From: an uncultured Oscillospiraceae bacterium
GTDB lineage: Bacteria; Bacillota; Clostridia; Christensenellales; CAG-314
DNA: 64,000 nucleotides
Assembly (NCBI GenBank): GCA_964533825.1
Contig: CAZHMU010000005.1
Span: 31,599 to 95,598 of the forward strand
Direction of reading: 5' to 3'
Position 1 is the first letter of the stretch. Every line of letters begins with the position of its first letter. The translations under genes and the position numbers were made by a program. The notes under the pieces are model-generated. The model was not told the DNA's origin and searched no databases. It saw only the letters and a list, made by a program, of their open reading frames with translations. Positions 53,543 to 62,657 of this stretch are shown one piece after another.

Positions 53543-53869
53543 ATGAAACAAAACAAAGTGCTTTTTGTGCTGAATATCATCATTTTCGTAATCTTGATTG
53601 CCTGCATGGTTTTCAATGCATTTATTCTGGTGGGTGCATTTGACGCCAAAAGCGACATGAACGATTCCAACAACGAAAACATGGGCGCAGGACTTGGCTT
53701 GGCAGTTATGCTTGTTTTACAAATTTATTTGCTCATCCCCTATGCTGTCTGCTTGATTATTGCAATCATTTCCCTGTGCAAAAAGTATTTCAACTGGCTT
53801 TCCATTGCCAATGCCGTTATGTGCGGTGTGGGCGTGATTGCTACAATTGTTATGTTTTTGCTGCCTTGA
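53543..53869 (+). CDS. small 3-TM membrane protein
   Basis: RBS AAAGGAG; 108-aa hydrophobic ORF. Confidence 0.5.
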   Translation: MKQNKVLFVLNIIIFVILIACMVFNAFILVGAFDAKSDMNDSNNENMGAGLGLAVMLVLQIYLLIPYAVCLIIAIISLCKKYFNWLSIANAVMCGVGVIATIVMFLLP

Positions 53870-53977
53870 TTCCGACACAAAATGCACAATCCAACTTAGT
53901 TAAAATTTGACAACTAACAAACGTTCTTCAACTAAACAAAAGTAGTTCGTACTAACTCATTTGCTCAGAGGTAACCT

Positions 53978-54496
53978 ATGAATCAAACAATACAAACACT
54001 AAAAACTCGTCGTAGTTGCAAAAAGTACAAACCCCAACACGTCGAAAGACATCTCATCGACCAAATTGTTCAATGCGGGCTCAACGCTCCAACAGGCAGA
54101 AATTTGCAAGCGCCAATTTTTGTTATCGTAACCAAGGCGGAAACTGTCGCACGTTTGTCTGAACTTAACGCTGCAGTTATGGGCGCAAAAGGCGACCCAT
54201 TTTACGGTGCAAGAGACGTTATCGTTGTGCTCTGCACAAAGCAAGCACACACCTATGTGTACGATGGCAGTGTTGCCATGGCAAATTTGATGAACGCAGC
54301 CTTTAGCCTTGGCGTTGGTAGTTGCTGGATTCACCGCGCAAAGGAAGTCTTTTCCACGGCTGCCGGCAAACAACTGCTTACCGATTGGGGCATCACCGAT
54401 GATGTCGAAGGCATCGGTTTTTGCGTGTTGGGCTATCCAGATGGCGAGCCAGTGGCAAAGCAAATCCGGGATGACCGCGTGTACATTGTGGATTGA
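53978..54496 (+). CDS. nitroreductase-family flavoprotein
   Basis: LKTRRSCKKYK N-terminal motif and the C-terminal GIGFCVLGYP. Confidence 0.85.
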   Translation: MNQTIQTLKTRRSCKKYKPQHVERHLIDQIVQCGLNAPTGRNLQAPIFVIVTKAETVARLSELNAAVMGAKGDPFYGARDVIVVLCTKQAHTYVYDGSVAMANLMNAAFSLGVGSCWIHRAKEVFSTAAGKQLLTDWGITDDVEGIGFCVLGYPDGEPVAKQIRDDRVYIVD

Positions 54497-54530
54497 TTTG
54501 ATAAAGTTAACATCTAACTGAAAACATACA

Positions 54531-54574
54531 AAATGCACCCAAAAGTTAAATGCTTTTGAAGGTGCATTTTTTTG
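54531..54574 (+). terminator. terminator after nitroreductase
   Basis: AAAATGCACC / GGTGCATTTT plus T-run. Confidence 0.7.
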
Positions 54575-54792
54575 CGAAAAACTTGCGTTTTTGACATTTT
54601 TGTGCGCAAATTATATGTTAGCTCTCTTTCGGTTTACTTTCAGTTTATACTTCCTTGCTATATTGATATTAGTAGAGTGGATAGCAGTGGTATTCAACGC
54701 TTGACGTTTGTTAAATGTTGTTCATTTTGTTGACAAATATCCGCAGTACACCTAAATATAGTATTACGCAAAGAAAAATGAGGAGATTTTCT

Positions 54793-55638
54793 ATGAAGTA
54801 CGTAGTTTTTTACAACCCAACGGCAAACAACAAAAAGGGCTTGGAAGAAGCTCAAAAAGTTAGCGCATTTTACCCCAACGACACTTTTGAGTTTGTTGAC
54901 GTATTGCAAAACGACTACCAAACCGTCATCAACACAACTGATGCCGATGCTTGTATTTTGGTTGGTGGCGATGGCACAGTCAACTACTTTGTAAACCACG
55001 TTGATTGCGACAATCTCACGAAAGATATCTACTACTTTGGCGGTGGTAGCGGCAACGACTTTTTGACAGACGTTGGTGGCACAATCGGTGGCGAGCCAGT
55101 GCTTGTCAACAAGTATCTCAAAAACTTGCCCACAGTTTGTGTCAAAGGTCAAACTTACAAATTTGTAAACGGTATTGGCTACGGCATTGATGGTTACTGT
55201 TGTCAAGTTGCGGAAGAAATCCGCGCCAAGAACTCCACCAAAAACATCAACTACACAGCAATCGCTATCAAGGGTCTTTTGTTCCACTACAAACCCACCA
55301 ATGCGGAAGTTATCGTAGATGGCGAAAGTAAATTCTACAAAAAGGCTTGGCTTTCTCCCTGCATGATTGGTCGTCACTACGGTGGTGGCATGATCCCCAC
55401 TCCCGACCAAGATAGATTTGATGGTAATTTGTCCGTAATGACAATGTTTGGCAAAGGTCGCCTGCCAACATTGATGGTATTCCCATCTATTTTCAAGGGC
55501 GAACATGTCAAAAAAAGTTGTGTTGAAATCCGCAAAGGCAAGCAAATTACCGTCAAGTTCGACCATCCCGTTGCATTGCAAGTTGATGGCGAAGTAATCC
55601 TGGATGTTTCCGAATTTACCGCATACGCAGTAAAATAA
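54793..55638 (+). CDS. diacylglycerol-kinase-catalytic-domain lipid kinase (YegS/BmrU-like) 1
   Basis: AGGAG RBS; MKYVVFYNPTANNKKG; ILVGGDGTVN; GGGSGNDF. Confidence 0.8.
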   Translation: MKYVVFYNPTANNKKGLEEAQKVSAFYPNDTFEFVDVLQNDYQTVINTTDADACILVGGDGTVNYFVNHVDCDNLTKDIYYFGGGSGNDFLTDVGGTIGGEPVLVNKYLKNLPTVCVKGQTYKFVNGIGYGIDGYCCQVAEEIRAKNSTKNINYTAIAIKGLLFHYKPTNAEVIVDGESKFYKKAWLSPCMIGRHYGGGMIPTPDQDRFDGNLSVMTMFGKGRLPTLMVFPSIFKGEHVKKSCVEIRKGKQITVKFDHPVALQVDGEVILDVSEFTAYAVK

Positions 55639-55829
55639 TAAAATTAGTTGTTGACATTTGCCTCGCGAAATGGGATAATATTTTGCGAGGCAATTGTTTT
55701 GGTTATCCAACAAATGTAATTTGGCTTTTTTTACAAAGCAACAATTTTGCCAGTGTGTTTGTAGTAATAGTGCTACAACTATGGCAACTCTAAAGATAAC
55801 ACTTGTATTTTAGCGAGGGGGAGAAGCTT

Positions 55830-56654
55830 ATGGCGCTTTTTTCATTGATAATGTCTGCAATCACCGCAATACTTTTGCCAGTACTTTGTGGATGGGTTAG
55901 CACTTGGAACGACTGTTGGATATCACTTTTGACTTTTGTTGTTGGCTACTTTGCATGGAGCGCAATCTGTGTCATCTTTGCATTTTTAGTAACGTTGCCT
56001 GTCAATCTCAAAAAACCTGTCAAAAAACCCAGCAAGTTCTACTATTGGCTGTTCAACTTTGTAAACGGCTGGATTATCGATATGGCTGGCGTTGACGTGG
56101 TTGTTAGCGGTTGGGAAAAAATCACCCCCAACACAAGCTACTTGCTTGTATCCAACCACCGCTCCAACTTTGACCCACAAATTGTGGGCAGATTGTTCAA
56201 AAAGTTCAAGTATTTGGCTATCACCAAGCCGGAAAATCTCAAAATCCCCATTGCTGGCAAGTGCGTGCATGCAGCAGGATTTTTGTCCATCAATCGCGAA
56301 AACGACCGCAAAGCTATCGAAACAATCTTGAAGGCTGCCAACTGTATCAAAAAGGGACACAGCGTCCATCTCTGCCCCGAAGGCAAACGCAACAAGACAG
56401 GTTTGGACTTGCTACCTTTCAAAAATGGTGGTTTCAAAGCTGCTCAACGCGCCAAAGCGCCCATCGCACTGATATCCCTCGTCAACACGGAAAAAATCCA
56501 CAAAAACTTTCCATTTAGGCGCACTCGCGTGCATTTGGACATTGTTGACGTGCTTTCCGCTGAACAAGTTGTATCCATGACCACACAAGAGATTGGCGAC
56601 CACGCAATGCAAGTCATCCAAGCAAAAATTGACGAGTACAAAGCGCAAAACTGA
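55830..56654 (+). CDS. plsC: 1-acyl-sn-glycerol-3-phosphate acyltransferase
   Basis: N-terminal TM helices, the HX4D motif VSNHRSNFD, and CPEGKRN. Confidence 0.85.
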   Translation: MALFSLIMSAITAILLPVLCGWVSTWNDCWISLLTFVVGYFAWSAICVIFAFLVTLPVNLKKPVKKPSKFYYWLFNFVNGWIIDMAGVDVVVSGWEKITPNTSYLLVSNHRSNFDPQIVGRLFKKFKYLAITKPENLKIPIAGKCVHAAGFLSINRENDRKAIETILKAANCIKKGHSVHLCPEGKRNKTGLDLLPFKNGGFKAAQRAKAPIALISLVNTEKIHKNFPFRRTRVHLDIVDVLSAEQVVSMTTQEIGDHAMQVIQAKIDEYKAQN

Positions 56655-56713
56655 CAATACAATTTTGACAATACACCAACTGGACAACTTCAATAATAAT
56701 CAACAAACAGCAA

Positions 56714-56745
56714 AGAGCAAACACAGCCGTGTCTGCTCTTTTCTT
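56714..56745. terminator. bidirectional hairpin
   Basis: AGAGCAAACAC / GTGTCTGCTCT stem plus T-run. Confidence 0.6.
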
Positions 56746-57580
56746 ATTTCTTTTTTCCTTTCAAAAATGGAGTTTTTACAATTTTGATAGGGGGATTGAC
56801 GCTTTGTTTGCAAAAGTGCAACTCGCCTACGAGCGTCCGCTTTTCCCCATCCATACAAAAGTCACGCGCATTTTGCAAAGTGACCGTTGCGTTCTCAAAT
56901 GGCAAAATAAAAAACCATTTGTTTTCCGTCGGCTTGTCAATACCCAAGAAAAATATGCGAAAAAACTGCCAAAACAACCGCACTTTGTTCCACAAGTTAT
57001 CTTGTCCAAAACTGCGTACAGCAAGTAGGTACAGCCCTTTGTGTTTGTCATAGGCGCGATTGAAGTAAAACCCAAAGCATCGTTTGCTCTTCAAAGCCAT
57101 TATCAACGTGTATTGACCGTCAAATTGATTGCCATCAATGTCGATTTGCGCATCAATTTGATGGCATTTGTATGTTTTGAGTATCAACGGCAGATAGGCA
57201 AGCGCCTTGAAACGCTGTTTGTGTTTGTTGTTGGCAAGGTAGCCAATTTCCGTAAAGGTACCTGTTGCGCAAACATATCCAAATAACTCGTCGTTGACAG
57301 CGCCAATGTCGTCAATTTGTTTGCCGAAAAACTTGCTTTCGTTGAGCGTCCCGCAGGGCGCAAACACAAGCTGACGCCCTTTGCACTTGGCAAGGGCATT
57401 TTTCAACGTACCGTCGCCACCACACACCACCAAAGTGTCTTTGTCGTCACATTGCCAAGACGTGTCGCTGTTGATGTATTGCACTTCCGCAGTGGGGCAT
57501 TGCAACTGGTCAAGTAGTGCGCAAAGGTCCAATCTTTTGCAATTTCCGCTGTCGCCATTTACAATCACTTTGCAGTTCAA
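56744..57580 (-). CDS. diacylglycerol-kinase-catalytic-domain lipid kinase 2
   Basis: TTG start 7 nt after AAAGGGGA. VVCGGDGTLKN and APCGTLNE are present. Confidence 0.75.
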   Translation of the reverse strand: MNCKVIVNGDSGNCKRLDLCALLDQLQCPTAEVQYINSDTSWQCDDKDTLVVCGGDGTLKNALAKCKGRQLVFAPCGTLNESKFFGKQIDDIGAVNDELFGYVCATGTFTEIGYLANNKHKQRFKALAYLPLILKTYKCHQIDAQIDIDGNQFDGQYTLIMALKSKRCFGFYFNRAYDKHKGLYLLAVRSFGQDNLWNKVRLFWQFFRIFFLGIDKPTENKWFFILPFENATVTLQNARDFCMDGEKRTLVGELHFCKQSVNPPIKIVKTPFLKGKKK

Positions 57581-57635
57581 ACTTTAGTCCCCTTTCAATT
57601 TATGTAAAAATGGCAGTATTCGTCACTATTTTTTT

Positions 57636-57712
57636 GGCTTTGTCACAAACTCTGGTTACTTTTTGACGGCAAAACGCCTAATGGCTAATCAACTATTTCT
57701 TGTAACAGAACC
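57636..57712 (+). mobile_element. ISL3-like MITE, minimal 77-bp form (L5)
   Basis: GGCTTTGTCACAAACTCTGGTTACTTTTTGACGGCAAAACG is joined directly to CCTAATGGCTAATCAACTATTTCTTGTAACAGAACC. Flanks are ATTTTTTT / AATTTTTT (7 of 8 match). Confidence 0.75.
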
Positions 57713-57808
57713 AATTTTTTGGGGAACTCCATCGAAGAATTCTTAGGCTATATTGTAGATTTTGCTGTCGCGGCATCTTGTGCGCTCAAAGCTATTTGTT
57801 GCCTATTG

Positions 57809-57837
57809 TTGACAAACATCAACCAAAATGTTACAAT
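57809..57837 (+). promoter_or_regulatory. promoter of tcdA
   Basis: TTGACA, 17 nt, TACAAT. Confidence 0.6.
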
Positions 57838-57861
57838 TTGAGCAAATCAAAGGAGATATCT

Positions 57862-58557
57862 ATGCAAGAATTTTGTCGTATGCAAATGCTTGTAGGTGAG
57901 CAAGCTGTACAAAAATTGCAATCAAGTCACGTTGCTGTGTTTGGCATCGGTGGTGTTGGATGCTACACTGTCGAAGCTCTCGCTCGCGCAGGCGTAGGAC
58001 ATTTGACACTTGTCGATGATGACCTTTTTGCCACAAGCAACATCAATCGCCAACTGTATGCACTGCAATCGACTTTGGGACAAAGCAAGGTGGATGTTGC
58101 CAAAGCACGCATTGCCGATATCAACCCTAATTGCCAAGTTACAGCATTGCATTTGCGTTTTGATGCGCAAACTGCCCACCAATTTGATTTTGCCCAATTT
58201 GACTACGTTGTAGACGCAATCGACACAGTAACAAGCAAATTGTTGCTTGCAAAGCTCTGCAATGACAGCAACACTCCCATCATCAGCTGTATGGGCACAG
58301 GTAACAAGCTTGACCCAACTGCGTTTGAGGTCGCCGATATCTACAAAACATCCGTTTGCCCCCTTGCCAAAGTGATGCGCAAGGAGCTCAAGGCATTGGG
58401 TATCGACCATCTCAAAGTAGTGTACTCCAAGGAAATCCCCCAAACTCCCACTCAGCTGGAACGTTCCAACAAGCGTCAAACACCATCCAGCATATCCTTT
58501 GTGCCATCGGTAGCAGGGCTAATTTTGGCGGGCGAAGTTATCAAAGGTTTAATTTAA
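57862..58557 (+). CDS. tcdA: tRNA threonylcarbamoyladenosine dehydratase (ThiF/E1-like)
   Basis: AAGGAG RBS; VAVFGIGGVGCYTVEALARAGVGHLTLVDDD...NINRQ. Confidence 0.85.
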   Translation: MQEFCRMQMLVGEQAVQKLQSSHVAVFGIGGVGCYTVEALARAGVGHLTLVDDDLFATSNINRQLYALQSTLGQSKVDVAKARIADINPNCQVTALHLRFDAQTAHQFDFAQFDYVVDAIDTVTSKLLLAKLCNDSNTPIISCMGTGNKLDPTAFEVADIYKTSVCPLAKVMRKELKALGIDHLKVVYSKEIPQTPTQLERSNKRQTPSSISFVPSVAGLILAGEVIKGLI

Positions 58558-58631
58558 GGCTCGCTCACAACATCTTGTTTTCTTGAAGGAGCTTCGACTT
58601 CCTTTTTGGGGAGGCAAAATACTATACAATC

Positions 58632-58658
58632 CGTAGGTGCGACCTGTGGTCGTCCGCA
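58632..58658 (+). repeat. H-family hairpin copy
   Basis: cGTAGGTGCGACCtgtGGTCGTCCGCA. Confidence 0.75.
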
Positions 58659-58679
58659 TATAGCCCACTAATTAAATTT

Positions 58680-58703
58680 TGGGAGGGTGGTATTCTCCCC
58701 TAC
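58680..58703 (-). repeat. H-family hairpin copy, inverted
   Basis: The reverse complement reads GTAGGGGAGAataCCACCCTCCCA. Confidence 0.6.
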
Positions 58704-58737
58704 AGTTGGATAACAATTACCACAACTAATTTGCAAC

Positions 58738-58770
58738 AAAAAAGCACTTCAAATCGAAGTGCTTTTCCTT
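58738..58770. terminator. terminator after marR (minus strand)
   Basis: AAAGCACTTC / GAAGTGCTTT with T6 on the minus strand. Confidence 0.7.
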
Positions 58771-58792
58771 TTGTAAAGATGTTTGTATCAAA

Positions 58793-59233
58793 CTATTCGT
58801 CAACATTTGCAAAGTATTTTGCAAGGTAGGCAAGGCAGTTGTAAAGGTTGTCAATTTCTCCTTCTTCTTGGCGGCGCAACACGTAGGTAAGTTTGCGGTC
58901 AATTTCCGCTTTTAGTGATTGGATCACGTCATTGCCCTTTTCTGTACGCTCCACAAAAATTTGTCGATGATTATCCTTGTCGATGGAACGAGCAACCAGC
59001 CCAAAGCCTTCCAGTGTGTCCACAACCTTTGTCAGTTGTTGGTTGCTCATGGACAAACGCTTTGCCAGCGCCGACATTGTCAACTTGTCGCCCTTTTTGA
59101 TGATGGACAAACAGGTTAGCTGTGTCATAGAAATGGGCGTGTCTTTCAAAGACACAAGATGCCTAAAAACTCTGCGTATGTTTGGGTAAACGGCAACAAT
59201 CAACTCTGCCAAATCATTAGTACTTTTGCTCAT
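58793..59233 (-). CDS. MarR-family transcriptional regulator
   Basis: Start at Met45 of the track ORF; the upstream 44 aa are promoter and MITE read-through. The winged HTH reads MTQLTCLSIIKKGDKLTMSALAKRLSMSNQQLTKVVDTLEGFGLV. Confidence 0.85.
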   Translation of the reverse strand: MSKSTNDLAELIVAVYPNIRRVFRHLVSLKDTPISMTQLTCLSIIKKGDKLTMSALAKRLSMSNQQLTKVVDTLEGFGLVARSIDKDNHRQIFVERTEKGNDVIQSLKAEIDRKLTYVLRRQEEGEIDNLYNCLAYLAKYFANVDE

Positions 59234-59254
59234 AACTCTGCTCCTATTGTGGCT

Positions 59255-59283
59255 ATTATACAACTTTGCACTCGCAATGTCAA
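59255..59283 (-). promoter_or_regulatory. marR promoter
   Basis: Minus strand TTGACA, 17 nt, TATAAT. Confidence 0.65.
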
Positions 59284-59292
59284 TAGGCAAAA

Positions 59293-59616
59293 TGCTCTGT
59301 CGCAAACTCTGGTTGCTTTTTGACAGCAAAACGACTGCGCAATCATCTGTGTTTTGTTCTGTCACAGACCCTACAGGTATGATCCGCGTCGCAACTAACG
59401 CAATATTGTTCGCAATGATATAGTAACATCATTGCTTGCTTTTAGCGTTGTTGCTCGTCCTACAAATCAGGGGTTTGATTTGCGGGGGTCCATCAGTTAC
59501 AATGTGGTTCTTGCTTGCGTTTTACTCGTCAAACCACAGCCTCTCACGCTGGGAGAGGTGGCAGTCGCAAGACTGACGGAGAGGGCGGCCAATCAACCAT
59601 TTCTTGTGACAAAGTC
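59293..59616 (+). mobile_element. ISL3-like MITE, long form carrying a nested T-variant hairpin (L4)
   Basis: Collinear with L1 (22972..23256), including the GCAACTAACGC...GCGTTGTTGC long hairpin. The ~48-nt insert at 59539-59586 replaces GCCTAAC of the 3' module. Confidence 0.75.
59539..59586 (+). repeat. T-variant nested hairpin inside MITE L4
   Basis: GCCTCTCACGCTGGGAGAGGTGGCAGTCGCAAGACTGACGGAGAGGGC; inverse orientation relative to the copy at 29503. Confidence 0.75.
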
Positions 59617-59683
59617 TAACAAAAACTGAATATTCACTTTTGCGAACAAACTTAAAAGCAGTTTCCTTGCTATAAAATAGTCA

Positions 59684-59712
59684 AACGCCCCAAAGCCAAA
59701 GGGGCGTTTTTG
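59684..59712 (+). terminator. orphan intrinsic terminator with no upstream ORF
   Basis: AAACGCCCC / GGGGCGTTT plus T-run, about 70 nt after the MITE end. Confidence 0.5.
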
Positions 59713-59876
59713 TCTGCTTGGCAACCTTTATCAAAAATAAGCGCCAACTATTGTAATTTATCACTTGATAACTTTTTCATTTTGTTGTAAACTATATGTA
59801 CACAGGCATTGATGCGTAACAAGCTACTTTGGATAGTTTTCCGGTGGCAAAACGCCCAAACAAGGAGAAATTACAA

Positions 59877-60422
59877 ATGAACAAGGCGGTAGCCGTAGTA
59901 GGGATGTGTGGTTCCGGTAAAAGTGTACTTTGCAACTATTTTTGCGATCTTGGCTGGCAAAAGGTGTATTTTGGTGGCGTGACAGTAAGCCAACTCGTCA
60001 AACAAGGCATTGAGGTCAACGAGCCCAACGAACGTGCCATGCGCGAAAGCTTGCGCCAAAAGTACGGTATGGGCGCATTTGCCATCCTTTTGAAGGAAGA
60101 AATTGCAGAAAAATTGCAAAACGGCAACGTCGTTTTGGATGGTCTTTACAGCTGGGCAGAGTACAAAATTTTGAAGGAACTACTCGGTGACCAACTGGTT
60201 GTAGTTGCAGTGGTTACCAACTGCGGTATCCGCAAACAACGCCTTGCAACACGCGAATTCCGCCCATTGACTGCTGAACAAGTGGACAGTCGTGATATCT
60301 CCGAGTTGGAAAACTTGGACAAAGGTGGACCTATTGCCAAAGCCGACTACTACATCTTGAACAACGGCACCGAGTTGGAGTTCAAGCAACAGTTTGACGT
60401 ACTTATGTCACAACTTGGTTAG
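59877..60422 (+). CDS. P-loop nucleotide/dephospho-CoA-kinase-like protein
   Basis: AAGGAG RBS; Walker A VVGMCGSGKS; 181 aa with an adenylate-kinase-like layout. Specificity is unknown. Confidence 0.6.
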   Translation: MNKAVAVVGMCGSGKSVLCNYFCDLGWQKVYFGGVTVSQLVKQGIEVNEPNERAMRESLRQKYGMGAFAILLKEEIAEKLQNGNVVLDGLYSWAEYKILKELLGDQLVVVAVVTNCGIRKQRLATREFRPLTAEQVDSRDISELENLDKGGPIAKADYYILNNGTELEFKQQFDVLMSQLG

Positions 60423-60613
60423 TATGCATTTTTACGCCTGTCAGTTTTTGGCTGATGGGCGATTTTTACCAACAAATTTTGGGCTTATGCGTGCGCCTAA
60501 TCGCTTCTCAAAACGTTTTTTCCTAATTGCAATCAGCGCAATGACGGTGCTCAATAAATAGGTTAATTTACGAACAAAAAAGGACAAAGAATTGCTTTGT
60601 CCAAAGGATAACT

Positions 60614-61051
60614 ATGAAAGCAGTAATTCAACGCGTAACAGACGCCACACTGAAGGTGGACGGCCAACTTATCTCCCAAATAGGCCACGGTCTTGTTGTG
60701 TACTTTTGCGTAGAAAAGGGCGACGACCAAAGTCTGTGCAAAGTGTTTGCCAACAAACTTGCCAAACTGCGCATCTTTGCTGACGCCAATGGCAAAATGA
60801 ATCTTTCCGTTACCGATATTGGTGGCGAAATCTTGATGGTTTCGCAATTTACGTTGGCCGGCGACCTGTCAGGTGGCAACCGCCCAAGCTTTTTCGGTGC
60901 GGAAGAACCCACTCGCGCCAATCAAATGTATCTTGACACAGTGGAAATCTTGCGCCAACTGGGGCTCACTGTCAAAACTGGTGTTTTTGGCGCAGATATG
61001 AAAATTGCCCAAACAAACGATGGTCCTGTGACCATCAACTGGCAAGGGTAG
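60614..61051 (+). CDS. dtd: D-aminoacyl-tRNA deacylase
   Basis: MKAVIQRV..., SQFTL and NDGPVT motifs. Confidence 0.92.
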   Translation: MKAVIQRVTDATLKVDGQLISQIGHGLVVYFCVEKGDDQSLCKVFANKLAKLRIFADANGKMNLSVTDIGGEILMVSQFTLAGDLSGGNRPSFFGAEEPTRANQMYLDTVEILRQLGLTVKTGVFGADMKIAQTNDGPVTINWQG

Positions 61052-61640
61052 GCTTTTCGCTCATCTTGATGGCGTACAGTGTTAGCGACAGTAGTGTGGC
61101 CAAGGCAACCAGCACAACAAGCATCAACAAAATTGTTCCCAACGGAAAGCGATGCACTTCAAAAAAGAAGTAAGGCCCGCTAACCACGCCAAAGGCGTTG
61201 AGCAGATACATTGTCGTGCCGTAGCAAAGCACAGTGGCAATGGCAAGCGTTGCGCCATCCAACGTTACCCTTTTGGGTAGGCAAGTTAAGTACAAGGTTA
61301 CCATAGCAACAGGACAAGCCAGATGGTTTAGGAAATTTTCCCCCTCCAAAAACATTGCGTAGTAGCCGCCTACTTGAGTGCTTGCCCCAACAAGCGGAAC
61401 AATCAAAGCAAAAGCTAACAGGTATGTCACCCAACTGTACAATGTAACAAGATATCTCCCACGCAAGGCACACACACCGCAAATGGCACACACAACCATT
61501 GCCAAAAGATTACTCTGCACGGTAAAGTATAACAGCATACCTTGCTCTTTGTGCACAAGGCGTAGCACTATCGAAACTACTTCCCAAACAACGATGGCAA
61601 AGTTAACAGCAACAAACAAAACTCTCTTTGTATCTCTCAT
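61035..61640 (-). CDS. Pr6Pr-family (FAR-17a/AIG1-like) membrane protein
   Basis: Start at Met30. LLYFTVQSNLL motif and ~6 TM helices. The 3' end overlaps dtd by 17 nt (convergent). Confidence 0.6.
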   Translation of the reverse strand: MRDTKRVLFVAVNFAIVVWEVVSIVLRLVHKEQGMLLYFTVQSNLLAMVVCAICGVCALRGRYLVTLYSWVTYLLAFALIVPLVGASTQVGGYYAMFLEGENFLNHLACPVAMVTLYLTCLPKRVTLDGATLAIATVLCYGTTMYLLNAFGVVSGPYFFFEVHRFPLGTILLMLVVLVALATLLSLTLYAIKMSEKPTLAS

Positions 61641-61982
61641 AAAAAACCTCACACTCAACTGTTGCCAAATTGGCGCAAGGCTATACAATGCTGATTGTTT
61701 TTGAAAACAAAAAAACGCACCACACAAGTGCGGTGCGCAGTTTGAGCGTATTTAGAGGAGATTAACATGAATACAAACGAGGGGTAATTGTTGTATTTCG
61801 CTCAAACTACTCGTAGTTTAGCACGTAACATTGAAACGTGGCTGAAATAGCACTTGTTTTGATGCTTTTTAGCTACAGATTTATCACTTTTTAGCATATT
61901 TTGCCAAAAATTGTTTTCAGTTGGATTTAAGAGAAACATCGTATACTGACTGCACCTATCCCCATCACACAGGAGACTGACT

Positions 61983-62657
61983 ATGAAAATTTTGGTTGTC
62001 GATGACGAAGTAAAACTTGCCGACGCTATTGGCGAGTTGCTTGTTCGTAACAAATATATGGCCGACGTAGTTTATGAAGCTCAAGACGGCTTGTATTACG
62101 CCAAAAACGGCGATTACGATTGCATCATCTTGGACGTAATGATGCCAGAAATGGACGGCTTTGAAGTTGCCGAAAAGCTGCGCAAACAAAAGTGTAACGT
62201 GCCCATCTTGATGCTTACTGCCAAGGACGACGTTGCCAGCCGCGTTAAAGGTCTTGACTGTGGTGCAGACGATTACCTTGCAAAGCCTTTTGCTGTGGAA
62301 GAGCTACTTGCTCGTGTGCGCGCGCTAACTCGTAGAAAGACAGAAATCGTCAGCGATATTTTGACCTTTGGCGATATTTCTCTCAATACAAACAACTACA
62401 CTTTGTCCTGCGGTGCAAAAAACGTGCCACTTGGTGCAAAGGAGTACGAAATCTTGCGTATGATGCTCACCAATCCTACGCAGGTTTTTTCCAAGGATGT
62501 CATCATCTCTCGTGTGTGGGGACTTGACTCCGACATCACCGAAAACAACGTCGAGGCATATATGTCCTTTTTGCGCAAAAAGTTGTTTTTTGTGGGTAGC
62601 AAAGTAAACATTTCTTCCAAAAGACTTTTGGGATACCACTTGGAGTACAATCAGTGA
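61983..62657 (+). CDS. OmpR-family response regulator
   Basis: MKILVVDDE, ILDVMMPEMDG and a winged-helix C-terminus. Confidence 0.9.
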   Translation: MKILVVDDEVKLADAIGELLVRNKYMADVVYEAQDGLYYAKNGDYDCIILDVMMPEMDGFEVAEKLRKQKCNVPILMLTAKDDVASRVKGLDCGADDYLAKPFAVEELLARVRALTRRKTEIVSDILTFGDISLNTNNYTLSCGAKNVPLGAKEYEILRMMLTNPTQVFSKDVIISRVWGLDSDITENNVEAYMSFLRKKLFFVGSKVNISSKRLLGYHLEYNQ

